A stretch of 7,225 nucleotides of DNA from Promethearchaeota archaeon (GTDB lineage Archaea > Asgardarchaeota > Thorarchaeia > Thorarchaeales > Thorarchaeaceae), in contig JALVPN010000003.1 in the NCBI GenBank assembly GCA_027031765.1, positions 14,422-21,646 of the forward strand, read 5' to 3'. Each line of letters opens with the position of its first letter. Position 1 is the stretch's first letter. Below, in pieces: positions 5,873 to 7,225 of the stretch. The translations under genes were made by a program, and so were the position numbers. The notes under the pieces are model-generated. The model saw only the letters and a list, made by a program, of their open reading frames with translations. It had not been told where the DNA came from and did not search any database.

Positions 5873-6058
5873 CTATCGGCCGACAGCCCTTACCACGAGG
5901 CGGCCGTTTTCCTTTGTCACCCGTAGTATGTGTGATGAGGTCTGGATCTGTAGAGAAGAGCCCTCCTCAAGAGCGTCGGCCACGGGACGACCGAGAGGGC
6001 CATTGAGATACTTTTCGAAGCGCTGGATCACAGAGGAGGCGGGCTCGAATCCGTGCAT
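5873..6058 (-). CDS. Small hypothetical protein (61 aa)
   Basis: MHGFEPASSVIQRFEKYLNGPLGRPVADALEEGSSLQIQTSSHILRVTKENGRLVVRAVGR. Helix-helix-beta pattern, fills the gap between genes, and a TTTTATCA box at 6111-6104 favours the ATG at 6058 over the track start at 6118. Confidence 0.55.
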   Translation of the reverse strand: MHGFEPASSVIQRFEKYLNGPLGRPVADALEEGSSLQIQTSSHILRVTKENGRLVVRAVGR

Positions 6059-6122
6059 GGTATCGGCGGTCAGTTGTATTACCCAACATGAGTGCACAGG
6101 CGATGATAAAAGCACCACGCGA

Positions 6123-6650
6123 CTAGGTACCCCGCGCTAGGCGTTCCTCGTTGACCAGCCACCAAGCGCCGCGTTTCCCCCGGACAAGGGCCCGGTCAAG
6201 CACCAGTAGAGGGACACCAATCACTTCTACCGCACGGGCATTAATCCCGGTTATCCTGTTCAAGACGGTCCTCCGCTTGTCCCGGCTGCCCAGTAGCGCA
6301 GCCGACAGTTCCGTGGTAGTGGCTCCACCGTGTCGCAGGAAATAGGCCAGCAGACGCCGTTCGAGGTCATCACGACAGATCTGGGACACGAGCGACTTGT
6401 CCAGTGACTCCAAATAGAGGCGTGGCGACTGGAGCGACTCCAGGTGTTCGACGCGTGCCCGGAGCTCCTCGACCTCTTCCACGAGCTCGAGGACGGGTGG
6501 CGGGAGTTCCTGGTCGAGGCGCCACAGGATGGCCTCACGGATGAACTTCTGGCGGCCACGTGTCCCGACAAGGCGGTCAATCCGTTCAAGCAGTTCCCGC
6601 TCTATCCGTACCCTGATGTTCACGTACCCCTCCTTGGACTGCTTGCTCAT
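6123..6650 (-). CDS. Ribbon-helix-helix (CopG/Arc-like) protein with coiled coil and C-terminal winged-helix-like domain
   Basis: N-terminal VNIRVRIERELLERIDRLVGTRGRQKFIREAILWRL is an RHH pattern. LVEEVEELRARVEHLE is a heptad coil. ATTTELSAALLG..RRTVLNRI..GAWWL is wHTH-like. Confidence 0.8.
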   Translation of the reverse strand: MSKQSKEGYVNIRVRIERELLERIDRLVGTRGRQKFIREAILWRLDQELPPPVLELVEEVEELRARVEHLESLQSPRLYLESLDKSLVSQICRDDLERRLLAYFLRHGGATTTELSAALLGSRDKRRTVLNRITGINARAVEVIGVPLLVLDRALVRGKRGAWWLVNEERLARGT

Positions 6651-6719
6651 GGCTCAGACCTAGGAGGCATGACACACCATGTCAAGAAAAACGTTCGCCA
6701 TTGTCGCAGGACTTTTTCG

Positions 6720-6732
6720 ACAGAGTTATAAC
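6720..6732 (+). promoter_or_regulatory. TATA-like promoter of the rightward gene
   Basis: ACAGAG-TTATAAC, about 45 nt upstream of the ATG at 6776. Confidence 0.5.
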
Positions 6733-6775
6733 AGCATCACGGAGTGGGTCGTGGGAGTCCCGAGGTGAGTTGGCG

Positions 6776-7225
6776 ATGGTCAACAGAATGAGAGCACTGG
6801 AGCGCGAGCTCGCACGGCTGCGGCGGGTGCAGAACCCACATCAGGTGGACTTCAGGAGGATGCGCAGACTGAGACGGGCCCGCACATCGTACTGGCGGCT
6901 ACGAAAGAGGCTGTATGCTGGGACTGTTGGGACAACAGAGATGCGTGGCGAGAAGAGGAAGGAGAAGGAAAAGGAAAAGGCAGCACGCAGGGAACGGAAG
7001 AGGCCAGCACCCGTGGAAGAGGAGCCAGAGAACGTAACACTTACTGAGGACGAGATTGAGGCAATCTACGGGTACGACGAGGACGTAGAGGAAGAAGTAG
7101 AGGAAGAAGTAGAGGAAGAGGAAGAAGTAGAGGAAGAGGAAGAAGTAGAGGAAGAGGAAGAAGTAGAGGAAGAGGAAGAAGTAGAGGAAGAGGAAGAAGT
7201 AGAGGAAGAGGAAGAAGTAGAGGAA
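6776..7225 (+). CDS. Hypothetical protein with Arg/Lys-rich N-terminus and poly-Glu (VEEEEE)n tail (partial, runs off the window edge)
   Basis: ATG at 6776 with SD GAGGTGA at 6762-6768, open for 150 codons to the edge: MVNRMRALERELARLRRVQNPHQVDFRRMRRLRRARTSYWRLRKRLYAG...EIEAIYGYDEDVEEEVEEEVEEEEEV... Confidence 0.8.
   Translation, partial: MVNRMRALERELARLRRVQNPHQVDFRRMRRLRRARTSYWRLRKRLYAGTVGTTEMRGEKRKEKEKEKAARRERKRPAPVEEEPENVTLTEDEIEAIYGYDEDVEEEVEEEVEEEEEVEEEEEVEEEEEVEEEEEVEEEEEVEEEEEVEE
7085..7225 (+). repeat. Coding tandem repeat: 2 x 12-bp GTAGAGGAAGAA, then 6 full and 1 partial 18-bp GTAGAGGAAGAGGAAGAA
   Basis: Units start at 7085, 7097, 7109, 7127, 7145, 7163, 7181, 7199 and 7217. The 18-bp copies are exact and in frame. 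Confidence 0.97.

Noticed and set aside
5246-6006. Plus-strand ORFs 5246..5734, 5272..5568, 5667..5852, 5716..6006 and minus-strand 5496..5807
   Set aside because: They are antisense to the GTPase or run through tRNA-Arg(CCG).
6852-7040. 62-aa minus-strand ORF
   Set aside because: It is antisense to the SD-supported plus-strand ORF starting at 6776.
7085-7225. CRISPR array
   Set aside because: The units are contiguous with no unique spacers and encode an in-frame poly-Glu tract.

Overview
Archaeal chromosomal DNA, most likely from an Asgard archaeon (possibly Thorarchaeia). This is inferred from BRE/TATA-type promoters, GGTGA/GAGGTG ribosome-binding sites, a Rab-like small GTPase and a stand-alone V4R protein. 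Left to right: the 5' part of a probable Zn-finger DEAD/DEAH helicase (minus strand, runs off the left edge, missed by the ORF track); two tandem thioredoxin paralogues; a gamma-carbonic-anhydrase-like protein; tRNA-Arg(GCG); a geranylgeranyl-reductase-family flavoprotein; a minus-strand three-gene cluster (small GTPase, CxxC/HxxxxH + winged-helix protein, V4R protein); tRNA-Arg(CCG), differing from the first tRNA at one base; a 61-aa hypothetical; an RHH-coiled-coil-wHTH regulator; and a divergent Arg-rich/poly-Glu protein running off the right edge in an 18-bp tandem repeat (also missed by the ORF track). The best candidate for a new system is the GTPase/Zn-wHTH/V4R cluster. No integrase, transposase or CRISPR array was seen.
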